A program made the position numbers and the translations under genes. 64,000 nucleotides of DNA from Eledone cirrhosa. Its lineage: Eukaryota. Positions within the stretch are counted from its first letter, which is position 1; each line of letters begins with the position of its first letter. The notes under the pieces were generated by a model that had not been told where the DNA came from, ran no database searches, and was given only the letters and a program-made list of their open reading frames with translations. This document shows positions 27,081 to 38,235 of this stretch, piece after piece. Where the stretch lies: positions 51,212,001-51,276,000 of the forward strand of contig OZ024747.1 in assembly GCA_964016885.1 (NCBI GenBank), in the 5' to 3' direction.

Positions 27081-28690
27081 GTTGGTGTTGGTGTTGGTGT
27101 TGGTGGTGGTGGTGGTGTTGGTGGTGTTGGTGTTGGTGGTGGTGTTGGTGGTGTTGTTGGTGGTGGTGGTGTTGGTGGTATTGTTGGTGGTGGTGTTGGT
27201 GGTATTGTTGGTGGTATTGTTGGTGGTGTTGGTGGTATTGTTGGTGGTATTGTTGGTGGTGGTGGTGTTGGTGGTATTGTTAGTGGTATTGTTGGTGGTG
27301 TTGTTGGTGGTATTGTTGGTGGTGGTGTTGGTGGTATTGTTAGTGGTATTGTTGGTGGTGGTGGTGTTGGTGGTATTGTTGGTGGTGGTGTTGGTGGTAT
27401 TGTTAGTGGTATTGTTGGTGGTGGTGGTGTTGGTGGTATTGTTAGTGGTATTGTTGGTGGTGGTGTTGGTGGTATTGTTGGTGGTGGTGTTGGTGGTATT
27501 GTTGGTGGTGGTGTTGGTGGTATTGTTTGTGGTGGTGTTAGTGATATTGTTGTTGGTGGTATTGTTGTTGGTGGTATTGTTGGTGGTGGTGTTGGTGGTA
27601 TTGTTGTTGTTGTTGGTGGTATTGTTGTTGGTGGTGTTGGTGGTATTGTTGTTGTTGTTGGTGGTATTGTTGGTGTTGTTGATCATGTTGTTGTTGTTGG
27701 TGGTGGTATTGTTGTTGTTGGTGGTGTTGTTGTTGGTGGTATTGTTGGTGTTTTTGTTGATGATATTGTTGTTGTTGTTAGTGGTATTGTTGTTGTTGAT
27801 GATATTGTTGTTGTTGTTAGTGGTATTGTTGTTGTTGTTGGTATTGTTGTTGTTGTTAGTGGTATTGTTGTTAGTGGTATTGTTGGTGTTGGTGGTATTG
27901 TTGTTGTTGTTAGTGGTATTGTTGTTGTTGTTGGTATTGTTGTTGTTGTTAATGGTATTGTTGTTGGTGGTATTGTTGGTGTTGGTGGTATTGTTGTTGT
28001 TGTTGGTATTGTTGTTGTTGTTGGTATTGTTGTTGTTGTTAGTGGTATTGTTGTTGGTGGTATTGTTGGTGTTGGTGGTATTGTTGTTGTTGTTGGTATT
28101 GTTGTTGTTGTTAGTGGTATTGTTGTTGGTGGTATTGTTGGTGTTGGTGGTATTGTTGTTGTTGTTGGTATTGTTGTTGTTGTTAATGGTATTGTTGTTG
28201 GTGGTATTGTTGTTGGTGGTATTGTTGGTGTTGGTGGTATTGTTGTTGTTGTTGGTATTGTTGTTGTTGTTAGTGGTATTGTTGTTAGTGGTATTGTTGG
28301 TGTTGGTGGTATTGTTGTTGTTGTTGGTATTGTTGTTGTTGTTAATGGTATTGTTGTTGGTGGTATTGTTGTTGGTGGTATTGTTGGTGTTGGTGGTATT
28401 GTTGTTGTTGTTGGTATTGTTGGTGTTGGTGGTAGTGGAGGGGTGGTGTTAGAACTATTATTGTTGTTGCCGCAGCTGGTGGTGGTGGAGGTGGTGGTAG
28501 TGGTGGTGGTGGTGGTTGTGGTGGTGGAAGTGGTGGTGGTGGTGGTTGTGGTGGTGGTGGTGGTGGTAGTAGTAGTGGTAGTGGTGGTGTTAGTAGTGGT
28601 GATGGTGGTGGTAGTTGTGGTGGTTGTAGTGGTGGTAGTGGTGGTGGTGGTAGTAGTGATGGTGATAGTAGTGGTGGTGATAGTGGTGGT
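27081..28690. repeat. Compound (GGT)/(GTT)/(ATT) array
   Basis: Recurrent GGTGGTATTGTT. Confidence 0.9.
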
Positions 28691-28842
28691 GGAACTATTG
28701 TTGTTGTTTATGTTTTTATTGAAATTGTTTCTGTTGTGGATGTATTGCAATTGGTTTCTTGTATTTTCCTGTTGTTTTTGATGCTGTTGTTGTTGTTGGT
28801 GTTGTATTATTGCTGTTCCAGAAGGTGATTGCGTTTATGACA

Positions 28843-28875
<33 letters not shown>

Positions 28876-29586
28876 TCGATATTTTGGTTGTTTGTTGTTG
28901 TTGCTATTAAAGTTACTGTTGATCTTATCGTTGATATTGTGGTTGTTGCTGTTGGTATTTATGCTATTGTTGATGTTTGCTGCTGTTGTTGTTGTTGTTG
29001 TTGTTTTTGTTGTTGTAGCTGTTATTGTTGCTTTACGATTGTTGATGATGTTGTTGTTGTAGTTATAGTTGTTGTTGTTTTACGATTATTGTTGTTGTGG
29101 TTATAGTTGTTGTTGTTTTAGTTGTTGTTGTTTTACGATTGTTGCTGATGTTGTTGTAGTCATAGTTGTTGTTGTTTTACGATTGATGTTGTTGTTGTTT
29201 TACAATTGTTGTTGTAGTAGTTATAGTTGTTGTTGTTGTTGTTTTACGATTGTTGTTGTAGTAGTTATAGTTGTTGTTTTACGATTGTTGTTGTAGTTAT
29301 AGTTGTTGTTGTTTTACGATTATTGCTGTTGTAGTTATAGTTGTTGTTGTTGTAGTTGTTATTGTTATTATTAAGTTCATTGTTGTTGGTGTTGTAGTTA
29401 TAGTTGTTGTTGTTGTTGTAGTTGTTGTTATTATTAAGCTCATTGTTGTTGGTGTTGCTGTTATTGTAGTTGTTATTATTAAGATTGTTGTTGATGATAT
29501 TGGTCCAGTCTATTCTAGATGTTCACATTGTTCCTGTTGAATGCTTATAATAACAACGGCGATATTATTGTTGCCATTGTTGTTAT

Positions 29587-29632
<46 letters not shown>

Positions 29633-30063
29633 AATAGAGATGATGAAGAGGATAATGAGTTGATGATAAATGATAAACGATGATGGTGGTGATATGGCAA
29701 TAAAAAGTAACGATGATAATAATAATGATTTCATTTATTAGCCACAAGGGCCGACATGATGATACCAATGCTGATGATGTATTATATCTATCTCCACCTT
29801 TGGGTGTCGTCAGTCCTTCCCCCTAAACCCTCGCCACCATCTCATCTATCATCATCCCCCCCCCCCCCCTCTCTCCCACGTACACTAGATTCTATATTTC
29901 ATTCTCTCCAGTCCATCTTATCTCTCATCTTCATCTCTCTATGTTCTCCTCAAATCAATTGGCTCTCACTCTCTCTCTACCCATCCCATACTTTCTCTCT
30001 ATCTATTTATGTACAAATATACACACACGTGAATATGTATATATATATATGTATGTATGTATG

Positions 30064-30097
<34 letters not shown>

Positions 30098-30275
30098 TGT
30101 ATGTATGTATGTATGTATGTATGTATGTATGTATGTATGTATGTATGTATGTGTGTATGTATGTATGTGTGTATATATGTATGTATTATCTATGTATGTA
30201 TATATGTATGTATGTATGCATGTGTGTATGTATGTGTCTAAGAATGTATGTGTGTATGTATGTATGTATGTATGT

Positions 30276-30604
30276 ATGTGACGACAAGTGCAGAGAGATC
30301 TCCAGATATAAAGCAATGCCTGTGCCATGAAGCTTTTATAGTGAGCAAAGGCAATGCACAAAGCCAGTCGCACTCTCTTAACCAGGCATTGCTTTATATC
30401 TGGAGATCTCTCTGCACTTGTCGTCACATGGTACCATGGGCCCAGCACTATGTGACAATAATTGTAACAAGTGTAGTGTTTGTACCAGAGTTTTCAAGTC
30501 GCTGGCTGGACTAAAAAGTCACACTCGTTCAGCGCATCGGTAGGGGTTCTCCTACGTGGATATAAAGTAGTGGCCGTACTCGAAAACGAGTTGGCAGCCA
30601 CCAT
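30276..30604 (+). mobile_element. 5'-inverted, truncated copy of RTE-derived non-autonomous element
   Basis: 30276-30383 is the reverse complement of the internal segment seen at 31001-31109. 30384-30604 is the forward 3' part. Flanked by (TATG)n. Confidence 0.85.
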
Positions 30605-30642
30605 GTATGTATGTATGTGTCTATGTATGTATCTATGTATAT

Positions 30643-31284
30643 GTCAGGTCACCAGTTGGTGCTACTGGTAACATGTATTCCAGTACAACCTGCTACTGGT
30701 AACATGTATTCCAGTACAACCTGTCCCATGGTCGGGTCGTTGGCGACTAAACTGGCAACCCCACCAAGGTTTCTTGGTGAGGAGGGTGACTTTGGACATC
30801 CTGCAGGACTAAAAATAAAACCTGTCAAAAGGCAAAGGAGCTCTTAAGAGTCAATGGCCATCCAAAATCACCGGGAGAGATGACCCCTTAGCCTTTGTCA
30901 AGGCAGAATTCTAGGAGAAGGAAAACTCTGATATAACACCTGCAACCCTGATGGTATCCAATGATGTTGACTTGTTCTTCTTTTTGGTAAATATCATCTT
31001 GGTTAAGAGAGTGGGACTGGCTTTGTGCAGTGCCTTTGCTCACTATAAAAGCTTCACGGCACAGGCATTGCTTTATATCTGGAGATCTCTCTGCACTTGT
31101 CGTCACATGGTACCATGGGCCCAGCACTATGTGTCAATAATTGTCACAAGTGTAGTGTTTGTACCAGAGCTTTCAAGTCGCTGGCTGGACTAAAAAGCCA
31201 CACTCGTTCAGCGCATCAGTAGGGGTTCTCCTACATGGATATAAAGTAGTGGCCGTACTCGAAAACGAGTTGGCAGCCACCATG
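30643..31284 (+). mobile_element. RTE-derived bipartite non-autonomous retroelement (~610-640 bp)
   Basis: Contains TCTAGGAGAAGGAAAACTCTGA, which I recall as an RTE 5'-UTR motif. The 3' part encodes CSVCTRAFKSLAGLKSHTRSAH (C2H2 finger) before TAG. (ATGT)n tail and 31-bp internal duplication. Near-identical copy at 48941. Confidence 0.75.
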
Positions 31285-32040
31285 TATGTATCTATGTATG
31301 TATATATGTATGTATTATCTATGTATGTATATATGTATGTATTATCTATGTATGTATATATGTATGTATGCATGTGTGTATGTATGTATGTGTCTATGTA
31401 TGTATGTGTGTATGTATGTATGTGTATTTATTTATGGATGTATGTATGTGTATTTATTTATGTATGTATGTATTCATCTATGTATATATATGTATGTCTG
31501 TATGTATGTATTTATGTATGTATATATGTATGTGTGCATGCATGTATGTAAGTGTATTTATTTATGTATGTATGTGTATTTATTTATGTATGTATGTATG
31601 CATCTATGTATATATATATGTATGTGCGTATGTATATATGTATGTCTATGTATGTATTTATGTATGTATTTATGTATGTATGTATGTATGTATGTATGTA
31701 TGTATGTATGTATGTGTGTATGCATGTATGTGTATTTATTTATGTATGTATGTATGCATCTATGTATATATATGCATGTATGTATATATGTATGTCTGTA
31801 TGTATGTATTTATGTATGTATACGTAGGTATATACATAAATACACACAGATACACAGACACACACACACACACATATATATATAAGTGTGTGTGTGTGTG
31901 TACTTATACATATATATTATATATATGCATATATATGTGTGTGTGTGAGTACATGTGTTGATGTGTCTGTATGTATGCATCCATATGTGTGTGGAGGACT
32001 GTCTGATAAATTGCTTTTTAAGTATATACCTATATATATA

Positions 32041-32531
32041 GAAAAGAATGAAACGAAATTTCATTTCTCACTCTTATTACCACTGATACTTAAATATAAG
32101 TATGTATACGTACATACATATATGTATTGTATACAGACGTACAGTAGTATGTATATATATACACACATGCACATATATACATCTGTACATATGGGTTTAC
32201 CGAACATTTATTATAATGCTCGGTTTGTTTGTAAACAAACAGCCCGAATATGCATAAGGAAAGTATATACTTTCAAACGTTCAATCAACTGACGATAGTT
32301 AATAAGCTTGAAACTAGTCATCGTTCTTTGTCAGTGTTGAACAAAAGGGCGACGATGGTTGCCGAACACTGTACGGCATAATTCGGGCGGATTGTTTACA
32401 AACAAACCGAACATTATAATAAATGTTCGGTAAACCTATACGTACATATATATATGTGTGTGCATGTATGTATATATATACATACTACTGTACGTCTGCA
32501 TACATATATGTATGTACGTATACGTACTTAC
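32041..32531. mobile_element. Family F3 fold-back copy; HHR core at 32289-32325 lacks the 5' strand of stem I
   Basis: Homologous to 13378-14452 in two inverted pieces; CTGACGA-TAGTTAATAAGCTT-GAAA-CTAG-TC. Confidence 0.8.
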
Positions 32532-32548
32532 ACCTATATATATATATA

Positions 32549-32731
32549 TAGGAAAAAGTATGACCCCGACGGCAGAGCTCATGCTGTTTCGACGGCTATT
32601 TCTAGAAATAGGCGTCGAAACAGCTTGAGCCGTCGGGGTTATACTTTTTCCTATTTCCCACTCTACTACCCTAAGTATAGAGTACTCTGGTGCGTTATGG
32701 TCCATTTGGTTCCTTACCAAAATTCCTTTGT

Positions 32732-32733
<2 letters not shown>
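32549..32733 (+). mobile_element. Family F9 short fold-back element
   Basis: ~50-bp-arm palindrome centred on TTCTAGAA (~32603) followed by the F9 3' tail. Further fragment at 32908-32958. (TA)n flanks. Confidence 0.7.
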
Positions 32734-32774
<41 letters not shown>

Positions 32775-32833
32775 TATCCGACCTTCTAACGACTCTGCTA
32801 ATTCTCCCCCTTGTAAGGGTTATAAATACATAC

Positions 32834-32910
<77 letters not shown>

Positions 32911-32953
32911 AACCAGTAAGACCCCGACAGCTGAGCTCAAGCCGTTTCGACGG

Positions 32954-33045
<92 letters not shown>

Positions 33046-33060
33046 GTTTTAATATAGATG

Positions 33061-33111
33061 AGATTCTACAGGACTAGAACTGTTTCATTCATTAGAAATC
33101 ATCAGGAATCT
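33061..33111 (-). ncRNA. Type I hammerhead ribozyme (F7, minus arm)
   Basis: Reverse complement of 33284-33334. Confidence 0.8.
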
Positions 33112-33283
33112 GGGTATCAAAAAATAAATATGGTATTTATAGGTCTCTACAAGTGGTAGGAGAGGGTGGGGAGTGGGATGGGTGCAGGTCATTGGTTTAC
33201 CAATGACCTGCACCCATCCCACTCCCCACCCTCTCCTACCACTTGTAGAGACCTATAAATACCATATTTATTTTTTGATACCC

Positions 33284-33334
33284 AGATTCCTGATGATTTC
33301 TAATGAATGAAACAGTTCTAGTCCTGTAGAATCT
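33284..33334 (+). ncRNA. Type I hammerhead ribozyme (F7, plus arm)
   Basis: AGAUUC-CUGAUGA-U-UUC-UAAU-GAA-U-GAAA-CAG-UUCUAGUC-CUG-UA-GAAUCU. Stems I, II and III are all paired; GUA triplet. Confidence 0.85.
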
Positions 33335-33416
33335 CATCTATATTAAAACTATTATACTCTGCTATGTATTGAGTACCTTACTTACTGTGGTTACCTCCGA
33401 TTCAACCCGGAATAAC

Positions 33417-33459
<43 letters not shown>

Positions 33460-33477
33460 TATTTATAACCCTTACAA

Positions 33478-33720
33478 GGGGGAGAATTAGCAGAGTCGTT
33501 AGAAGGTCGGATAGAATGTTTTATGGCATTCGTTCTGGCTCTCTGCTTCCTTTGAGTTCAAACCCCGCCGAGGTCAACTTTGGATTTCATCCTTTCGAGG
33601 TCGATAAAAACGTACCAGGCTAGTACTGGGGTCGACTCTATATCTCTCTTATTTCCTCTATCTTTCTCTGGAAGCGATCTGTTGTACTCAGGCATGGAGA
33701 GGGATGGGCTCCGCTAGGGT
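33478..33720 (+). mobile_element. tRNA-derived SINE family B
   Basis: Box B GAGTTCAAACCC and TTTCATCCTTTCGAGGTCGATAAAAA. The 3' part TGGAGAGGGATGGGCTCCGC is shared with 55711-55940. Confidence 0.7.
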
Positions 33721-33980
33721 TAAGATGCTAAAGAAAGGCTGGGCCCATACTATAGCATACATATATCTGTATATAAAGCCGGCCATTAGTAGCACGTATA
33801 CATAAAACTGACTGGCCAATCTGCTGATATGTAAATCTGGCTGATCAGTGGTTCTGCTAATATGCAGATCAGACTGATCAGGCAGTCAGCTAATATGCAA
33901 ATCATGTCGGTCAGTCATTGTATTTCCAGAACATATCATATATTTTTACTAGGTCTGACAGTTGACAGGTAAACAGTATA

Positions 33981-34025
33981 CGGTACCGATGAAGGGTAAT
34001 AACCCAGAAACATTAGTGTCTGCCG
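33981..34025 (+). ncRNA. Type I hammerhead ribozyme (F8 copy 1, U4C core change)
   Basis: CGGUA-CCGAUGA-A-GGGU-AAUA-ACCC-A-GAAA-CA-UUAG-UG-UC-UGCCG. Confidence 0.7.
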
Positions 34026-34133
34026 TTCTGATTATATGCCAACACAATCGCAAGAATGACGAGGTTATTCTACACACATGTATTAAGAGGCTGTTTGCAT
34101 AATTGCAAACGAATCAATTATTATTATTAATAT

Positions 34134-34325
34134 GAGGCGGTGGATTGGCAGTATCGGTAGAGGGTTGGACGCCATGCTTTCCAGCATAGTTACGTCCCTT
34201 TACGATCTGAGTTCAAATCCCGCCGAGGTTGACTTTGCCTTTCATCCTTACGGGGTCGATAAAATAAAGTACCAGTAATGTACTGGGGTAATTGCTGGCC
34301 TTGTGCCTAAAGTAGAAACAATTAT
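34134..34325 (+). mobile_element. SINE family A, full length, 11-bp TSD
   Basis: TSD ATTATTAATAT at 34123-34133 and 34321-34331; absent from the sister F8 unit. Confidence 0.92.
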
Positions 34326-34585
34326 TAATATTCGAAAATCTCAGATTTACTGTTCTTGTATTCAGCCATGTAGAGCCATAAAACTATTTGTTAGGTATTT
34401 GACTATGGCAAAGTCGGCCATTAAGCGCTCGTATACATAAACCTGACTGGTCAATCTGCTGATCAGTGGATCTACTAATAATCAGATCTTACTGATTGGG
34501 CAGTCTGTTAATATGCATATTAGTATGTATATTCCAGAAAATATATAATTTCCCTAGCTCTGACAGTTGGCAGGTAACCAATATA

Positions 34586-34630
34586 CGGTACTGATGAAGG
34601 GTAATCACGCAGAAACATTAGTGTCTGCCG
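34586..34630 (+). ncRNA. Type I hammerhead ribozyme (F8 copy 2)
   Basis: CGGUA-CUGAUGA-A-GGGU-AAUC-ACGC-A-GAAA-CA-UUAG-UG-UC-UGCCG. GUC triplet; one stem II mismatch. Confidence 0.8.
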
Positions 34631-34807
34631 TTCTGTGTATATGCCAACACAAGAGCAAAAATGACGAGGATATTCTACACACATGTCTTAAGAGGCTGTT
34701 TGTATAATTGCAAACGAATCGAATTTTATTGTTAATATTTGAAAAACTCAGATTTACATTTCTTGTATTTAACCATGTAGACCGATAAAACTATTATTAT
34801 TATATAT

Positions 34808-34912
34808 GCCGAGGTTGACTTTGCCTTTCATCCTTACGGGGTCGATAAAATAAAGTACCAGTAATGTACTGGGATAATTACTGGCCTTGTGCCAAACGTA
34901 GAAACAATTATT
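34808..34912 (+). mobile_element. 5'-truncated SINE family A
   Basis: Matches the 3' half of family A. Confidence 0.85.
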
Positions 34913-34934
34913 ATATATATATATATATATATAT

Positions 34935-37246
34935 CAGATTGGAGGTGGTAAAAACCAGTTAGACCATTACTCACCAGAGTACTCGATACTTGGAGGAGTA
35001 GAGTTGGTAATATGAAAAAACTCAGGACTCCGACGGCTGACCTCCGGCTGTTTCAACAGCTAGATACGAACTAAAGCACCGGTATTCGAATGGCGGGAAT
35101 CTAGCTGAACTCATCCGGGGCACAATCTATATATGGGCAGACAGTCTATGCAAAAAAAAAAATCTTTAAAGTTCTCATGTTTTTTCATGTGTGGTCAGTG
35201 ATCAGGGTGGCGGTGGGGTTACATTTGTTCAAATGTATGTCTTCGTGAATATAGCTGATTTAGTCCTGCTTTATCGTTATAAATATCTTGAATTATCAAG
35301 TTTAATCTGTACAGAGCTAACGGGCTTGTCACCCGTACAGGATACAACCCGAGCAGTACGCACCGTGTCCGTAAACACCTCATCAAATTTTTCTGTGATT
35401 TGGGTTTCAGAATCCTACTTACGTGTGTCAACAGTTTGGATGTAACACTAAAGCTGGAGAACAATTTGTAGTGCCCTACAGGAAATCGAACGGGAACTTA
35501 CACTATATCCAACGCTATTCCAAGGAATATTACTAATAATTTGGTCAAAAAATCATCTCCTCAAAAAGAAAATCAGGTCCTCAAAAGAAGTGGCTTTAAG
35601 GAGGAACTTACCTGTTATCTAGACCCAACTAGCGGATCAAGCAGGCGACGTTGCCACTCACACCACGTAACGTGGTTCAATCCTCCCCACAATGCTGAGG
35701 TCGTAACACCAATTGGGAAGATCTTCGTTACACTACTTGACAAACACTTCCCATCCCAACACCGCTGTCACACTATCACAAACAAAAACACTGTTAAATT
35801 TTCGTACAGCACTACTTTCAACTTTGTACTTAATATCACTTCCTCAAACAAGGTCAAACTCCTCTCTAACAGGAATAACAACGATATTAGTGGTGAGCAA
35901 ACTAGGAGGTGTAACTGTACGGATAGATCATCATGTTCCCTCAACAATAGAGGCCGAGAACGAAAAATGGTCTACCAGTGCAATGTGAAGACGGAACATT
36001 CCAACAAGGCCTCCATCGAATTAAGCGCCTGCCAGTGGTATTACCAACACCAACATTCATTTAGAAACCCGACCCGGCGACAAGCGACAGCACTTTCTGG
36101 CCATATTTGGGACCTCTATGACAACATTCCATATCATCTAAGTTGGAGCCTACTTTCCAAGGAAAAGTCTTACTCGGTGGGACGCTGTCTCTGCAATTTA
36201 TGCTCGCAGGAAACGATCCAGATGCTGTTTGCAAGGATCAATTATTAAACAAAACGGGTGAACTTATTACCTCGTGTAAACACAGAATATTTAAAACATA
36301 TCTTACCTTCAAACCCCCTCACGATCCAGGTAGGTAGATCTTGGTTTTAATATCCTTCTAACTTACACACGAAGATAGAGGAAGCCTAGAACAGACTTGT
36401 CCTTTTCCTAAAGCATCCTTAGGTAGACAGAATATTTACATTACAGTAAAAATATAAATATTGCCCCTTAGGACCAGCCAATTTGATAGCTATAATAAAT
36501 GCACAGATCCATTACTCACAGCTTAAGCACGAGGCACAACTATAAATACCACCATTCCTGTACTGCAGCAATGGCAAGCCTGGTATATAGAGTAAATGTG
36601 TACTATCGTATAGACATATATTAGGCCAGTACGTAAGCACCATCACAAAAAATATATATCGTTAGCAATGCTAAAGAAAGCTATTAGTTAGCATTCAATT
36701 TTGATTACTTCCTTTTGCTAAGGTATTACGGGGGCTTTGATATACCTGTTATAAATACACTTTGAGGCATTTCTTATATAAAACAGTAACCCGTAATACT
36801 ATAGATTCTTGGCTAACTTACGATAGCACGAGAACCGAAATAAATAGAATGATCTATAGAGCTATTGATAAACAGAAAGCTCTCTTAATTGCGTGTGTGC
36901 TCTACTGACTAACTTAATATAATCGAGTCAATAGTCTCGTCACGCACTTTCTTCTACTTTTCATTCTCTCTTGCTCTTCCCTTGCCACTATGAGTGTAAT
37001 AAAACTAGATAATATATGACATTTATCGGGATATAGCAGGACTAAAACAGCCATATGAACAAAGATACACCCCACCCACGATCACTGACCACTCCCGGAG
37101 AAAAACAAATAAACCAAACTCAAGAGAATTTTAAAGATTTGTGGAGTTGAGCTAGATTACCGCCGCTCGAATATCGGCGCTTTAGTTCAGATCTAGCTGT
37201 TGAAACGTACGGAGCTCAGCCGTGGGGGTCCTGAATTTTTTCATAT
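34935..37246 (+). mobile_element. Decayed Penelope-like element (F9) with inverted pseudo-LTRs
   Basis: 35011-35285 is a diverged reverse complement of 37018-37246. Degenerate HHR on the minus strand at 35027-35121 (CCC-CGGAUGA...GAAA-CAGC...GCCG-UC-GG). Internal GIY-YIG remnant; (TA)n at both ends. Confidence 0.8.
35541..36300 (+). pseudogene. PLE polyprotein C-terminal remnant (RT thumb/linker + GIY-YIG endonuclease), probably Naiad-like
   Basis: Motifs WFNPP..IGKIF..LLDKHFP, NKNTVKFSYS, CNC..C, VYQC.V, H.HSF..TALS.HIW.L, CNLC..E, then LLNK..ELITSCKH after a frameshift. The YIG motif is degenerate. Confidence 0.85.
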
Positions 37247-37260
37247 ATATATATATATAT

Positions 37261-37680
37261 ATATTAATAAAAGGAATTCCAACTTTGTCTGATTTACTCG
37301 TTTTATTTACAATCCTTTAAAATTTATAATGGTATTAGAATGAAATAGTATGGTAGAATATTAAATGTTAAGTGTTAATTGAACAAGTACTTTTATGCTT
37401 TCGCAATCTTCCGGTTCATAATGTGTGGTGACAGTCAAGTTTGAAATTTTCAACTGTTGAAAATTGCAAACTTGACTGTCACCACAGAATATGAACCTGA
37501 AGATTGCGAAAGCATGAAAGTACTTGTTCAATTAACACTTAACATTTAATATTCTACCATACTATTTCATTCTAATACCATTATACATTTTAAAGGATTG
37601 TAAATAAAACGAGTAAATCAGACAAAGTTGGAATTCCTTTTATTAATATAATCTTCTATACACAATCATACACACCCGTG

Positions 37681-37682
<2 letters not shown>
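37261..37682. mobile_element. Palindromic HHR element F4, uninterrupted copy
   Basis: ~194-bp arms (37261-37649) centred at 37455, plus a one-sided tail. Lies between (TA)n and (TC)n. Confidence 0.85.
37492..37530 (+). ncRNA. Minimal type I hammerhead ribozyme (F4)
   Basis: UGAAC-CUGAAGA-U-UGC-GAAA-GCA-U-GAAA-GUAC-UU-GUUCA. GNRA-capped stem II and palindromic GUAC loop III. The opposite-arm copy (37380-37418) has two core mutations. Confidence 0.8.
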
Positions 37683-37737
<55 letters not shown>

Positions 37738-38199
37738 TATATATATCCTCGTTGGGGAAAAAGCACGTGACAGCGAAACAGTGACTGTTGCTATTAGTAG
37801 CGGCCTACTGTAACACTTCAGGCCGGTTTGAGGCACAGAGAGGAAACCTGTTGATAACGCGTTTCGGTCTTCAAATACCACAAACTTGCATATTGCGCAA
37901 GTAGGATTATTGATTTGGGATTGATATAAACCTGTCGGAGGTAATGCATAATACCCTTCGAAAAGGTCCGGGTTTTTTTTTATCTAACCTGATTGTATTT
38001 TCGTTGCTTTGGTGTATTATGTGGCTAGGCCCCCTTGTCGCAGTTTTCAATTTGTCACGTTATCTAACGTATGTTATTTACTCTAAGGTGCGGCTTATCG
38101 ATTCATCGATACATCCTCATCGAGTGCTTTTTGCAAACCTAATTGAATCTCGTTCGCCTGGCCACCACCATAACTTCGATGTTACTAACCTTCTATTTG

Positions 38200-38235
<36 letters not shown>

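Larger units (their letters stand above)
33043..33417. mobile_element. Family F7: perfect 310-bp palindrome (154-bp arms, 2-nt loop) plus 65-bp tail
   Basis: 33043-33196 is the exact reverse complement of 33199-33352. One HHR per strand; (TA)n flanks. Confidence 0.85.
33775..34794 (+). mobile_element. Retrozyme-like element F8: head-to-tail dimer of a ~407-bp unit
   Basis: 33775-34409 (less the SINE) aligns to 34410-34794. One HHR per unit, 605 bp apart, or 407 after removing the 198-bp SINE plus TSD. Confidence 0.8.

Noticed and set aside
37748-38200. (TA)n-bounded island with GAAAC..GTT and ACGCGTTTCGG half-motifs
   Set aside because: No CUGANGA partner, and no repeat structure detected.
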